This document shows, one piece after another, positions 9,508 to 17,533 of a stretch of 45,073 bases of DNA. The stretch covers positions 1 to 45,073 of the forward strand of contig CADAWW010000005.1 in the NCBI GenBank assembly GCA_902791675.1, in the 5' to 3' direction. The position numbers were made by a program, and so were the translations under genes. The first letter of the stretch is position 1. The number at the start of each line of letters is the position of its first letter. The DNA comes from an uncultured Bacteroidales bacterium (GTDB lineage: Bacteria > Bacteroidota > Bacteroidia > Bacteroidales > Bacteroidaceae). The notes beneath the pieces are model-generated. The model saw only the letters and a list, made by a program, of their open reading frames with translations, was not told the DNA's origin and made no database searches.

Positions 9508-10632
9508 TTAATCTTCTACGCGCATGGGCATTAGTAGCATGAGTACCTCATCCTCTGTGTTATCGTCAACAGGACGGATGATACCTGGACGGCTGGGATC
9601 GGCAACTTCCAAAGTAATTGTGTCACTTTCCAGAATATTAGCAATCTCCAGCAGGAACTGGCAGCTGAAACCTATGCTAATGGGGCTTGCATTGTATTCA
9701 CAGGTAAGGAACTCTTCAGCACTGGTTGCATACTCATTATCCTGTCCGGTCAGTCTCATACTGTTGTTGCTCAGTTCTACTTTCACCAATCCGCTACTCT
9801 GGTTACAGAACACAGCTACACGCTTTAAGGCACTGGCAAGGGCAGCGCGGTCAACGGTAGCCTTAAAGGGATTGCTCTGTGGGATAACAGCATTGTAGTT
9901 AGGGTAGCGGCCTTCAATAAGACGGAAGTGCATGGTCATATCTTCCGACTTGATTGTTGCTTTGTCTGTGTCAAACAGAATATCCACTTGTTCCTCGTCT
10001 TTGCTCAGGACTGTCTTCAGGATGGCGCATACCTTCTTAGGTAGGATGAATCCTGCTGTTAATCCGGTTTTGATGCTGTGTACGGTGTTGCGTACCAGTT
10101 TTCGTCCGTCAGTACCGGCAAATATAAGATGGTCAGGTGTAATATCCACATAAATACCATTCATAACCAGTCGGATTTCGTCGTTGGCTGTGGCAAAAAG
10201 ACAACGGTTGATGCCGTTCAGCAGCACTTCGGCAGGTACTGTCAGATGTGTTGCACCATCGCTCACCTTCTTGGCTAGAGGATAGGGGGCTGCATCTTGT
10301 GCCATAACACTGAAACTTCCACTGCTGTGCTGACCTTCAACCTTCATTGTCTCCTCGTTAAAAGAGATGACCAAAGGCTGTTCGGCCAGTTCCTTAATAG
10401 AATCTATAATGGTCTTGGCAGGAATGCAGAAACGTGCATTGCCATTCTGCTCAATAACGGAAGTCGATGTGATATAATACTTCTCGCTATCAGAAGCTGT
10501 GATTGTAATATTACCGTCCTTTACATCAAAGAGAATGCAATCAAGGATGGGCATGGAGTTCTTAGACCCCATAACTTTACTGGCCGCAGTAAGGCGAGTG
10601 TAAAGAGCTGAACTAGAAACTTTAAATTCCAT
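9508..10632 (-). CDS. dnaN: DNA polymerase III beta sliding clamp
   Basis: MEFKVSSSALYTRLTAASKVMGSKNSMPILDCILF is a typical DnaN N-terminus, in a 374-aa three-domain protein. I trimmed the start from the track's 10698 to the ATG at 10632, because the extension runs across the -7 box at 10661-10668. Confidence 0.92.
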   Translation of the reverse strand: MEFKVSSSALYTRLTAASKVMGSKNSMPILDCILFDVKDGNITITASDSEKYYITSTSVIEQNGNARFCIPAKTIIDSIKELAEQPLVISFNEETMKVEGQHSSGSFSVMAQDAAPYPLAKKVSDGATHLTVPAEVLLNGINRCLFATANDEIRLVMNGIYVDITPDHLIFAGTDGRKLVRNTVHSIKTGLTAGFILPKKVCAILKTVLSKDEEQVDILFDTDKATIKSEDMTMHFRLIEGRYPNYNAVIPQSNPFKATVDRAALASALKRVAVFCNQSSGLVKVELSNNSMRLTGQDNEYATSAEEFLTCEYNASPISIGFSCQFLLEIANILESDTITLEVADPSRPGIIRPVDDNTEDEVLMLLMPMRVED

Positions 10633-10660
10633 ATTGTAATATGTATTGTTTATTTTTGTA

Positions 10661-10668
10661 CAAAGATA
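10661..10668 (-). promoter_or_regulatory. -7 box (TATCTTTG on the minus strand) for the dnaN array
   Basis: TAnnTTTG match 28 nt upstream of the ATG at 10632. Confidence 0.55.
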
Positions 10669-10731
10669 CTGATTTTTCCATAACACCAAAAAAAACACTT
10701 CGAAAAAAACGCGCAGTAAGTTATTTTTTCA

Positions 10732-10739
10732 TACCTTTG
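10732..10739 (+). promoter_or_regulatory. -7 box (TACCTTTG) for the DUF3127 gene
   Basis: TAnnTTTG match 32 nt upstream of the ATG at 10772. Confidence 0.55.
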
Positions 10740-10771
10740 TGGCACGATTTTAATATAACTTATATATAACA

Positions 10772-11191
10772 ATGGAAATAACAGGCAAAATTATTGCAGT
10801 ACTCGAGCCACGCAAGGGTACATCTAGTAGAACAGGAAGTGAGTGGATTTGCGGTCAGTACGTACTGGAAACTATGGATCAGTACCCCCGTAAGCTTTTC
10901 TTTGAGGTTTTCGGTGCTGATCGTATGCAGCAGTTCAATATTCAGTTGGGTGAAGTAATGACTGTTTCTTTCGATATTGATGCTCGCGAGTATCAGGGCC
11001 GTTGGTTTAATGGTGTTCGTGCTTTCCGTGTTGACCGCAATGTGCAGGCTACTCCCGTGGCTGCTGCTCCCGTAGCTCCTGATACCACTCCTTTCGGTGG
11101 TGCTCCCGTTCCTACTCAGGCTCCTGCTGCTGAAGCGCCAGCCGCTGCTCCCTTTGCTCCCCAGGCTGAGGGAGAGGATCTGCCGTTCTAG
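10772..11191 (+). CDS. DUF3127-type small protein with an Ala/Pro-rich linker and an acidic EDLPF C-terminus (SSB-like architecture)
   Basis: 139 aa. The folded-looking N-terminal ~95 aa (MEITGKIIAVLEPRKG...FDIDAREYQGRWFNGVRAFRV) is followed by the low-complexity tract ATPVAAAPVAPDTTPFGGAPVPTQAPAAEAPAAAPFAPQ and the terminal AEGEDLPF. The antisense ORF 10760..11248 is a shadow ORF. Confidence 0.7.
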   Translation: MEITGKIIAVLEPRKGTSSRTGSEWICGQYVLETMDQYPRKLFFEVFGADRMQQFNIQLGEVMTVSFDIDAREYQGRWFNGVRAFRVDRNVQATPVAAAPVAPDTTPFGGAPVPTQAPAAEAPAAAPFAPQAEGEDLPF

Positions 11192-11219
11192 TCTCTTTTT
11201 AATAGCTTTCGACAGAAAC

Positions 11220-11265
11220 AAAAAAGGAGCAGGCTTGGAATTAACCAAACCTGCTCTCTTTTTTT
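11220..11265. terminator. Bidirectional rho-independent terminator between the DUF3127 gene and the efflux operon
   Basis: A 12-bp stem with one mismatch (gagcaggcttgg / ccaaacctgctc) and a 6-nt loop, with an A-run upstream and a T-rich tract (tctttttttt) downstream. Confidence 0.7.
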
Positions 11266-11275
11266 TGTCGCTCCC

Positions 11276-12664
11276 TTATTCTGCTCCACCACCGCCAAGA
11301 GCCTGGTAGAGGTCGATGGTTGCATTGATGGCATCCATGCGGTTTTTTATCTGATTCATTTGAGCCGAGAGTAGAGAGTTCTGAGCTGTGATGACATTTA
11401 GATAGTTGGTGCTGCTTAAGGCGTAGAGCTTTTGAGTGGCATCAAGGGCTTTCTCAAGTGATGTTACCTGTTTGCCTATCAGTTCTTTCTGGTCTTCGGC
11501 TCCCTTAAGTTCAACCATTGCGGTGTTTACCTCGTTACCGGCAGCTATAATGGCCTGTTTGAAGTTGTTAGTGGCAACTTCCATCTCGGCCTTGGAAATC
11601 TTATATTGTGCACGTATTCTTCCATTAGAAAAAATGGGCTGCGAGAGACTTGCTACAGCATTGCCAATCATGATACCTGGGTTGATAGCTCCACCACCTA
11701 GGCTGTTGGTAAACTGTCCTGTTGCACTTATGTTGAGCGAAGGATAGAAACCACTGACAGCTATGTTCTTCTCGTAAAAGGCACTGGCCAACTCTAACTC
11801 GGCTGCCTTAACATCGGGCCTGCGAGCCAGAATGCTGATAGGGGCGCCAGTAGCCAGAATAGAAGGTGTCTGGAAAGTGCTTAGTGCACCTCGGGTAACG
11901 TGCCTGGCAGTTTCGCCCAACAGAGTTCCCAAAGAGTTTTCTACAACTTTGATGTTGTCTTCCAAAGCAACCACACTGGTACTGATGCTGTAATAGGTGG
12001 CTTCTATGCTAGATACTGCAGCCAAGTCAGCCTGGCCGGCCTCCATCAGTTTTTTTTCCATATCCAAGTACTTGCCCCAATTATCGCGAGTGGTTTGGGT
12101 CAGCGCCAGTTGCTCGTCAAGTGAAGACAACGTGTAGTAGATAGAAGCTATGTTAGCCACTAAGGCGGCCTGTACGGCTTGCTTGGCATTTTTTAGCTGT
12201 TCTACGTTTACCTGAGCCTTTTTCTTGGCATTGCGTAGGCTTCCAAGGCTACCTATCTGCCAGCTCATGGTGGCGGGTAAGCTATAGGTCGTACTTGTGT
12301 TATAGTCGTTACGCCCATATGGATCCCATGGTTTATTTATCGTTCCACTGGGATTGAAGTAAATATTCGGGAAGTAAGCCAACTTAGCGCATTTGAGGGC
12401 ATACTGAACCTCTTGAATCTTCAGGTCGGCATTCTTCATGTCGGTATTGTTGGTCAGTCCCTTCTCAATGAGGGCCTGCAACTGAGGGTCTGTAAATATT
12501 TCTCGCCAGCTAATGTCACCTAAACTCTGTTCACCTCCGCTCTGTGCATTGCCATAGATACCATCAGTATTGATGTCGGCGGGACGCTCGTAGTTTTTGA
12601 ATAGCCCACAGCTACTCAGTAGCAGCGTTGTCATGGCTATTGATATAATTGCTTTATTGTTCAT
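11276..12664 (-). CDS. Efflux outer-membrane factor lipoprotein (TolC/NodT family)
   Basis: Lipobox LLLSSCG, a 462-aa length, and two-repeat helical/beta OMF organisation. It is the last gene of the adaptor-pump-OMF operon. Confidence 0.85.
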   Translation of the reverse strand: MNNKAIISIAMTTLLLSSCGLFKNYERPADINTDGIYGNAQSGGEQSLGDISWREIFTDPQLQALIEKGLTNNTDMKNADLKIQEVQYALKCAKLAYFPNIYFNPSGTINKPWDPYGRNDYNTSTTYSLPATMSWQIGSLGSLRNAKKKAQVNVEQLKNAKQAVQAALVANIASIYYTLSSLDEQLALTQTTRDNWGKYLDMEKKLMEAGQADLAAVSSIEATYYSISTSVVALEDNIKVVENSLGTLLGETARHVTRGALSTFQTPSILATGAPISILARRPDVKAAELELASAFYEKNIAVSGFYPSLNISATGQFTNSLGGGAINPGIMIGNAVASLSQPIFSNGRIRAQYKISKAEMEVATNNFKQAIIAAGNEVNTAMVELKGAEDQKELIGKQVTSLEKALDATQKLYALSSTNYLNVITAQNSLLSAQMNQIKNRMDAINATIDLYQALGGGGAE

Positions 12665-12685
12665 ATCTTGATTATGAATTATGCA

Positions 12686-15600
12686 TTATGAATTCTCAAT
12701 GGCTTTCTCTTTTTCTTTCTGTGAGCGCTCTCGCTCCTTCAGGAACTGTTGGTCGGCTTCTTCTACCATTACAGGGCGAATCTTCTCTTGAAGATATTCA
12801 AAGATGATAAAAAAGAGGGGTACTGTGAACAGGATAGCCAAAGTACCTACCGACATACCACCAATAACACCAATACCGATAGTACGGTTTCCATTAGCGC
12901 CTGCTCCAGTAGCAAATACTAGAGGAATCATACCGAATATCATGGTAAGTACGGTCATGAGGATTGGACGCAGACGAGCCTCAGCTGCAGCAAAGGCAGC
13001 TTCAACAATCCCCATACCTTTACGACGGCGTTCAAGAGCGAACTCAGTAATAAGGATAGCCGTCTTAGCTAACAGACCAATAAGCATAATCACACCTGTT
13101 TGCAGGTAGATGTTGTTCTCAATCTGGCCCATGAAAATCATTCGGCCAATGGGAACAGCTTGTCCGTTTAAGGTGATTGTCCAGTTGAAGCCTGCATTCC
13201 AAAGCCATGCAAATCCGTATGTTCCCATCAGACCGGCTGGTACGGAGAATATAACGGCAAACGGAATAAGGAAGCTCTCGTAAAGACAGCTCAGAATCAA
13301 GAAGATGAGTATCACGCAGATAGCATAGGTAAGGTACGTGTCGTAACTGCCTATTGTCTCTGCTTCCTCACGAGCCATACCGCCAAATTCATAGCTGTAG
13401 CCTTCGGGGAACACCTCCTTGTGAACCTCTTCAATGACTTTCATAACTTCGGTGTTGCTGACACCGGTATTGGCTGCCACGTTAACAGAGATTGAACTGA
13501 ATAGATTGAAACGGTTGTCAATTTCCGGGCCGAGGACGGGTGTCAGTTTCACGAACTGGCTTAGCGGAGCCATCTGGCCCTGATTGCGGATAAACATATT
13601 ACTCAGGTCGTTCTCTGTAGTCCTAGCCTGTGGATTACTTTGGAGCATAACGCGGTAGACCTTGCTGAACTGGTTCATGTTGCTGATGTAAGAACCTCCG
13701 CAATAGCTGGCCAAAGCACCCAATACAGTAGTGGGAGAAATTCCAGCTCGCTTGCATTGTGCAGCATCCACCTCTACATTGAACTGTGGGAAGTTGCGCT
13801 CATATGTAGTGATGCATCGACCTACCTCTGGGTGTTCGCTCAGCTTGGCAATGAATTCCTTAGTGTAGTCAAAGAATATTTCCTTATCTGCTGTTCCCGT
13901 CTTATCCTGTAACTGGAGTTCAATAGAACCCATACCGTAACCGGGAATCATACCAGGCTCGAAGACGAAGCACTGTGCTTCTGGAATTTCTTTCAGTAAG
14001 CGTGCATTCAGTTTTGCATTTGCTACCATGGTACTTGTACTCATCATATTGTCCAGCGGATGGTAGTTCATGAATACTATAGCGGTTATGGCTGTTACAA
14101 CAGCAAAAGCGATAGCCTTCTTGCCAATCTTTTTCCTATTAAATAAACTGCGGATAAATACTATCAGTGCAATGATGAAGGCTAGAAGGGCCAATGTCAC
14201 GAATCCAAAACCAAGTCCATACTGACGTTCTCCCCATGGCTTCATGCGAATAACTGACATACCATAGGATGTTCCCTGGCCCGACATGAATCCGTATCCA
14301 GCTACCTTGGTATATTCTTTGATCTCTGGTACTTCCTCGATAATTTTCTGTGCCTTGTTTAAAACGTCATAAGTGGAAGCTACGTTACTACCTGGAACAG
14401 CACTTACGTTCATCATACAAACGCCCTGATCCTCGCTGGGAACCAATCCGCCTGGAAGATTGCTGGCAAAGAAGAGCACGCCTACTATAGCTGTTGCCAA
14501 AGCGCCGAAACTTACGTAATACCTTACCTTTCGTGATATCATTCGGCGAAGAATGTTGGCGTATTTCTCCATCATGGCAGTATAGGTAGCTTCGTAAGCC
14601 AAACGTGTGCGATAATTGATGGCTCCAAAGAAGCCTTTACGTCTTTCCTCGTTGGCAGGACGCATCATGATGGCGCATAAGGCGGGACAGAGAACAAGGG
14701 CGCTGACACAAGACAGACCTACAGCCGTTGCCAGCGTTACACCGAACTGGGTGTAAAATATACCAGCCGTTCCGCCTGTAAAGCTAACAGGGATGAACAC
14801 TGCCATAAATACGAAGGTACAGGAGATTACAGCCATTGTAACATCGCTCATAGCATCCTTGGTGGCTTCATAGGGGCTGGTATAACCTGAATCGAACTTA
14901 GCCTGAACGGCCTCTACTACCACAATAGCATCGTCCACCACCGTACCGATGGCCAAGACCAAAGCAAATAACGTAAGTAGGTTAAGCGTAAATCCTGCTA
15001 AAGCAAGACATGCAAATGTTCCTACCAGAGAAACTATAATGGAAATAGTAGGAATAATGGTTGCTTTGAAATCCTGTAAGAAGAAATAAACCACCAGCAC
15101 AACCAATAGGATGGCTATCAGCAGCGTCTCTTCCACGTTGGCAATAGAGGCCATAAGGAAGTCGTTACTCGACATCATCTTTATGAACTTCATTCCCTTA
15201 GGAAGGTCTTTGCTCAATTCGTCAAGCTTATTGCTGACACGGTCGTTTGTTTCCTTTGCATTGGCTCCTGCCAATTGGAAACAGAGGAAGGTTACACCTG
15301 GATGACCGTTTGCCTCTCCATGGAAAGAATAGCTAATGGCACCTAATTCCACATCGGCAATATCTTTCAGACGCAGGATGGTTCCGTCAGCATTGGCACG
15401 TATCACGATGTCTTCGAACTCGGAAATTTCCTTCAGACGACCCTTGTACTTCAGTGTGTATTGATAATAGTTGTCAACGCCGTCTCCGTGAGTGCCATTT
15501 ACAGGTTTTTCACCTAACTGGCCAGCAGGAGACTCAAGGTTCTGCTCTGCCAGTGCAATTGTGATGTCATCGGGAACAACACCGTACTGAGCCATTAACT

Positions 15601-16174
15601 CTGGTTTCATCCATATGCGCAAAGAATAAGTTCCACCAAGTAGCATTACATCGCCAACTCCCTCAACACGTTTAATTTGTGGAATTACATTGATATCAAG
15701 GTAGTTAGAGATGAAATCCTCGTCGTATGTTCCGTCCTCGCTACAAAGAGCATCAATCTGCAGGAACGAGGTCTGTCTCTTAATCGTACTAACACCAATT
15801 CTAGTTACTTCCTGAGGCAGCAGACCTTGCACACGGCTTACACGGTTCTGAACATTTACAGCGGCCATATCGGGGTCTGTTCCCTGTTTGAAGATTACGT
15901 TAATGGTGGCAGATCCGGCATTGGTGGCAGTACTACTTATATATAGCATGTTTTCAACACCGTTAATACCCTCCTCTAAAGGCTGGATAACGGCTTTCAT
16001 CACAGCGTCTGCGCTTGCACCGGTATAAGTTGCACTTACAGTTACGGTTGGAGGGGCAATGTCGGGGTACTGTTCCAAGGGAAGAGAACTAAATGAAATG
16101 GCACCGACCAACAGGATCATAATGGCTATGGAGATAGCCATTACTGGCCTTTTTATAAAAATGTTTCCTTTCAT
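12686..16174 (-). CDS. RND efflux permease (AcrB/HAE1-like) with extra insertions
   Basis: RND N-terminus MKGNIFIKRPVMAISIAIMILLVG, a conserved TM4 region (VLAIGTVVDDAIVVVE), and two large periplasmic loops. At 1162 aa it is about 110 aa longer than typical AcrB-type pumps (see findings). Confidence 0.9.
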   Translation of the reverse strand: MKGNIFIKRPVMAISIAIMILLVGAISFSSLPLEQYPDIAPPTVTVSATYTGASADAVMKAVIQPLEEGINGVENMLYISSTATNAGSATINVIFKQGTDPDMAAVNVQNRVSRVQGLLPQEVTRIGVSTIKRQTSFLQIDALCSEDGTYDEDFISNYLDINVIPQIKRVEGVGDVMLLGGTYSLRIWMKPELMAQYGVVPDDITIALAEQNLESPAGQLGEKPVNGTHGDGVDNYYQYTLKYKGRLKEISEFEDIVIRANADGTILRLKDIADVELGAISYSFHGEANGHPGVTFLCFQLAGANAKETNDRVSNKLDELSKDLPKGMKFIKMMSSNDFLMASIANVEETLLIAILLVVLVVYFFLQDFKATIIPTISIIVSLVGTFACLALAGFTLNLLTLFALVLAIGTVVDDAIVVVEAVQAKFDSGYTSPYEATKDAMSDVTMAVISCTFVFMAVFIPVSFTGGTAGIFYTQFGVTLATAVGLSCVSALVLCPALCAIMMRPANEERRKGFFGAINYRTRLAYEATYTAMMEKYANILRRMISRKVRYYVSFGALATAIVGVLFFASNLPGGLVPSEDQGVCMMNVSAVPGSNVASTYDVLNKAQKIIEEVPEIKEYTKVAGYGFMSGQGTSYGMSVIRMKPWGERQYGLGFGFVTLALLAFIIALIVFIRSLFNRKKIGKKAIAFAVVTAITAIVFMNYHPLDNMMSTSTMVANAKLNARLLKEIPEAQCFVFEPGMIPGYGMGSIELQLQDKTGTADKEIFFDYTKEFIAKLSEHPEVGRCITTYERNFPQFNVEVDAAQCKRAGISPTTVLGALASYCGGSYISNMNQFSKVYRVMLQSNPQARTTENDLSNMFIRNQGQMAPLSQFVKLTPVLGPEIDNRFNLFSSISVNVAANTGVSNTEVMKVIEEVHKEVFPEGYSYEFGGMAREEAETIGSYDTYLTYAICVILIFLILSCLYESFLIPFAVIFSVPAGLMGTYGFAWLWNAGFNWTITLNGQAVPIGRMIFMGQIENNIYLQTGVIMLIGLLAKTAILITEFALERRRKGMGIVEAAFAAAEARLRPILMTVLTMIFGMIPLVFATGAGANGNRTIGIGVIGGMSVGTLAILFTVPLFFIIFEYLQEKIRPVMVEEADQQFLKERERSQKEKEKAIENS

Positions 16175-16212
16175 TGACTTCTAAAATGTCTCTAAACTTT
16201 AAACACTAAACT

Positions 16213-17334
16213 TTACTTATTAGGTTTTACGTTTTGTCCGTCCTTGAGCATACCTGCTCCTTCGGCTACTATCAAGTCACCTACCTTCAAGCCGTCCTTT
16301 ATTACATATTCCTTTCCGTTGGTAAGGGGCTCGGTAATTACAAGTCGTTCATGGGCTATGTTATCTTTGTCTACGAGATAGACTTTAAATTTGTCTTGTA
16401 CTTGAACTGTTGCTGTGGCTGGAATTACAATTTTGTCCTTGTAAACTGTGGGGATAACAACATATCCTGTGCTACCACTATGTAGAAGCTTTTCTGGATT
16501 ATTAAAGACGGCACGTACTTGTACGGTACCAGTACTGCGGTCAACTACACCACTAATACTTTCGACCTTGCCTGTGTACTTGTATTCACTACCGTCAACC
16601 AGTATTAACTTAATTTCGGGCATGGCACTAATAGCGGCTTCTGCGCTGCCACTTTCGCGTGTCATTGTCAGCAACTGTGTTTCGTTAATTGAGAAATAAA
16701 CATACATCTGGTTGTTGTCACTCACAGTGGTCAGAGGTTGACCCATATTGGGGCTTACTAATGCACCCTGACGGTAGGGGAGTGTCCCTACAATACCGTT
16801 CGAGGGACTCTTGACAACAGTGTAACTTAGGTTGTTGCGGGCATTCACCACCTGGGCTTCGCATTGTGCCAATGCAGCTTTAGCTGTTAGGAGTGCATTG
16901 CTGGCTTTCTGAAGGTCGAAATCGCTAACTACATTCTGATCAAATAGGGTTTTCTTGCTGTTATATTCCAACTGAGATGTTGCCAGCTGGGCTTTAGCTG
17001 ATTCTAAAGATGCCAAGGCTGTATTCAGTGCTGCCTGAAAAGGAACTTGGTCAATGATGAACAAAGCTTGTCCGGCCTTAACTACCTGTCCCTCTGTAAC
17101 ACAGAGTTTTGTCAAGGTTCCGCTTACCTGTGGCAGAATGTCAATGTCTTGACGGCCGCGTATGGTGGCGCTGTATTTTGTAGTCATAGTTACATCTTTG
17201 GTAGTAACCTTCATGGTCTCGAAGTTTGCTGCAGGCATCTGTTGCTGTGATTTGTTGCTGCATGAGGAAAGGGTGCCTGCAACCACGATGCTAAGAACAG
17301 CTGTCATGTACTTCAAATTCATTTTCATATTCAT
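16213..17334 (-). CDS. RND efflux periplasmic adaptor (membrane fusion protein) lipoprotein
   Basis: Lipobox GTLSSCS, then hairpin/lipoyl/beta-barrel-type sequence. I placed the start at the first ATG (17334). The track's 17370 is a TTG only 11 nt from the -7 box, and 17322 is also possible. Confidence 0.85.
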   Translation of the reverse strand: MNMKMNLKYMTAVLSIVVAGTLSSCSNKSQQQMPAANFETMKVTTKDVTMTTKYSATIRGRQDIDILPQVSGTLTKLCVTEGQVVKAGQALFIIDQVPFQAALNTALASLESAKAQLATSQLEYNSKKTLFDQNVVSDFDLQKASNALLTAKAALAQCEAQVVNARNNLSYTVVKSPSNGIVGTLPYRQGALVSPNMGQPLTTVSDNNQMYVYFSINETQLLTMTRESGSAEAAISAMPEIKLILVDGSEYKYTGKVESISGVVDRSTGTVQVRAVFNNPEKLLHSGSTGYVVIPTVYKDKIVIPATATVQVQDKFKVYLVDKDNIAHERLVITEPLTNGKEYVIKDGLKVGDLIVAEGAGMLKDGQNVKPNK

Positions 17335-17381
17335 CTTATTTTTGTTGATTTTTCTGTGTATATTATGCAATAAAACGGCTG

Positions 17382-17389
17382 CAAAGGTA
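17382..17389 (-). promoter_or_regulatory. -7 box (TACCTTTG on the minus strand) for the efflux operon
   Basis: TAnnTTTG match upstream of the adaptor gene. Confidence 0.55.
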
Positions 17390-17470
17390 CGACAATTTGT
17401 TAATATATCATGTTCTGTTTCTTCAAAAGAAGAAAGAATTGTAATTATTTAACAAAATTAGACTATCTGC

Positions 17471-17518
17471 AAAAGTAAAGCGGGCGCATAAATCAAATTA
17501 TGCGCCCGCTTTACTTTT
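17471..17518 (-). terminator. Rho-independent terminator downstream of rho
   Basis: A perfect 21-bp inverted repeat (aaaagtaaagcgggcgcataa / ttatgcgcccgctttactttt) with a 6-nt loop. A/T runs form the outer part of the stem, so it could work in both directions. Confidence 0.8.
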
Positions 17519-17533
17519 ATAGTTAAAACGATT

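Noticed and set aside
10633-10698. N-terminal extensions given by the ORF track for dnaN (to 10698), rho (19510), GT2 (22530), rarA (22503), the LOG-like gene (27926) and the Omp85 gene (31241, TTG). The adaptor extension (17370, TTG) was also trimmed, for its proximity to the -7 box.
   Set aside because: Each of the listed extensions except the rho one runs across that gene's TAnnTTTG -7 box or the intergenic repeats, and encodes non-conserved hydrophobic junk. For rho, the -7 box I identified lies upstream of both candidate starts, so that trim rests only on the junk-like extension and the conserved N-terminus. The internal ATGs give the conserved N-termini.
10633-10771. Possible oriC next to dnaN.
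   Set aside because: I found no cluster of DnaA boxes (TTATCCACA-like) and no AT-rich unwinding repeats beyond ordinary promoter sequence. The only near-consensus box I noticed (ttatccact, around 2063-2071) is a single occurrence inside tilS.
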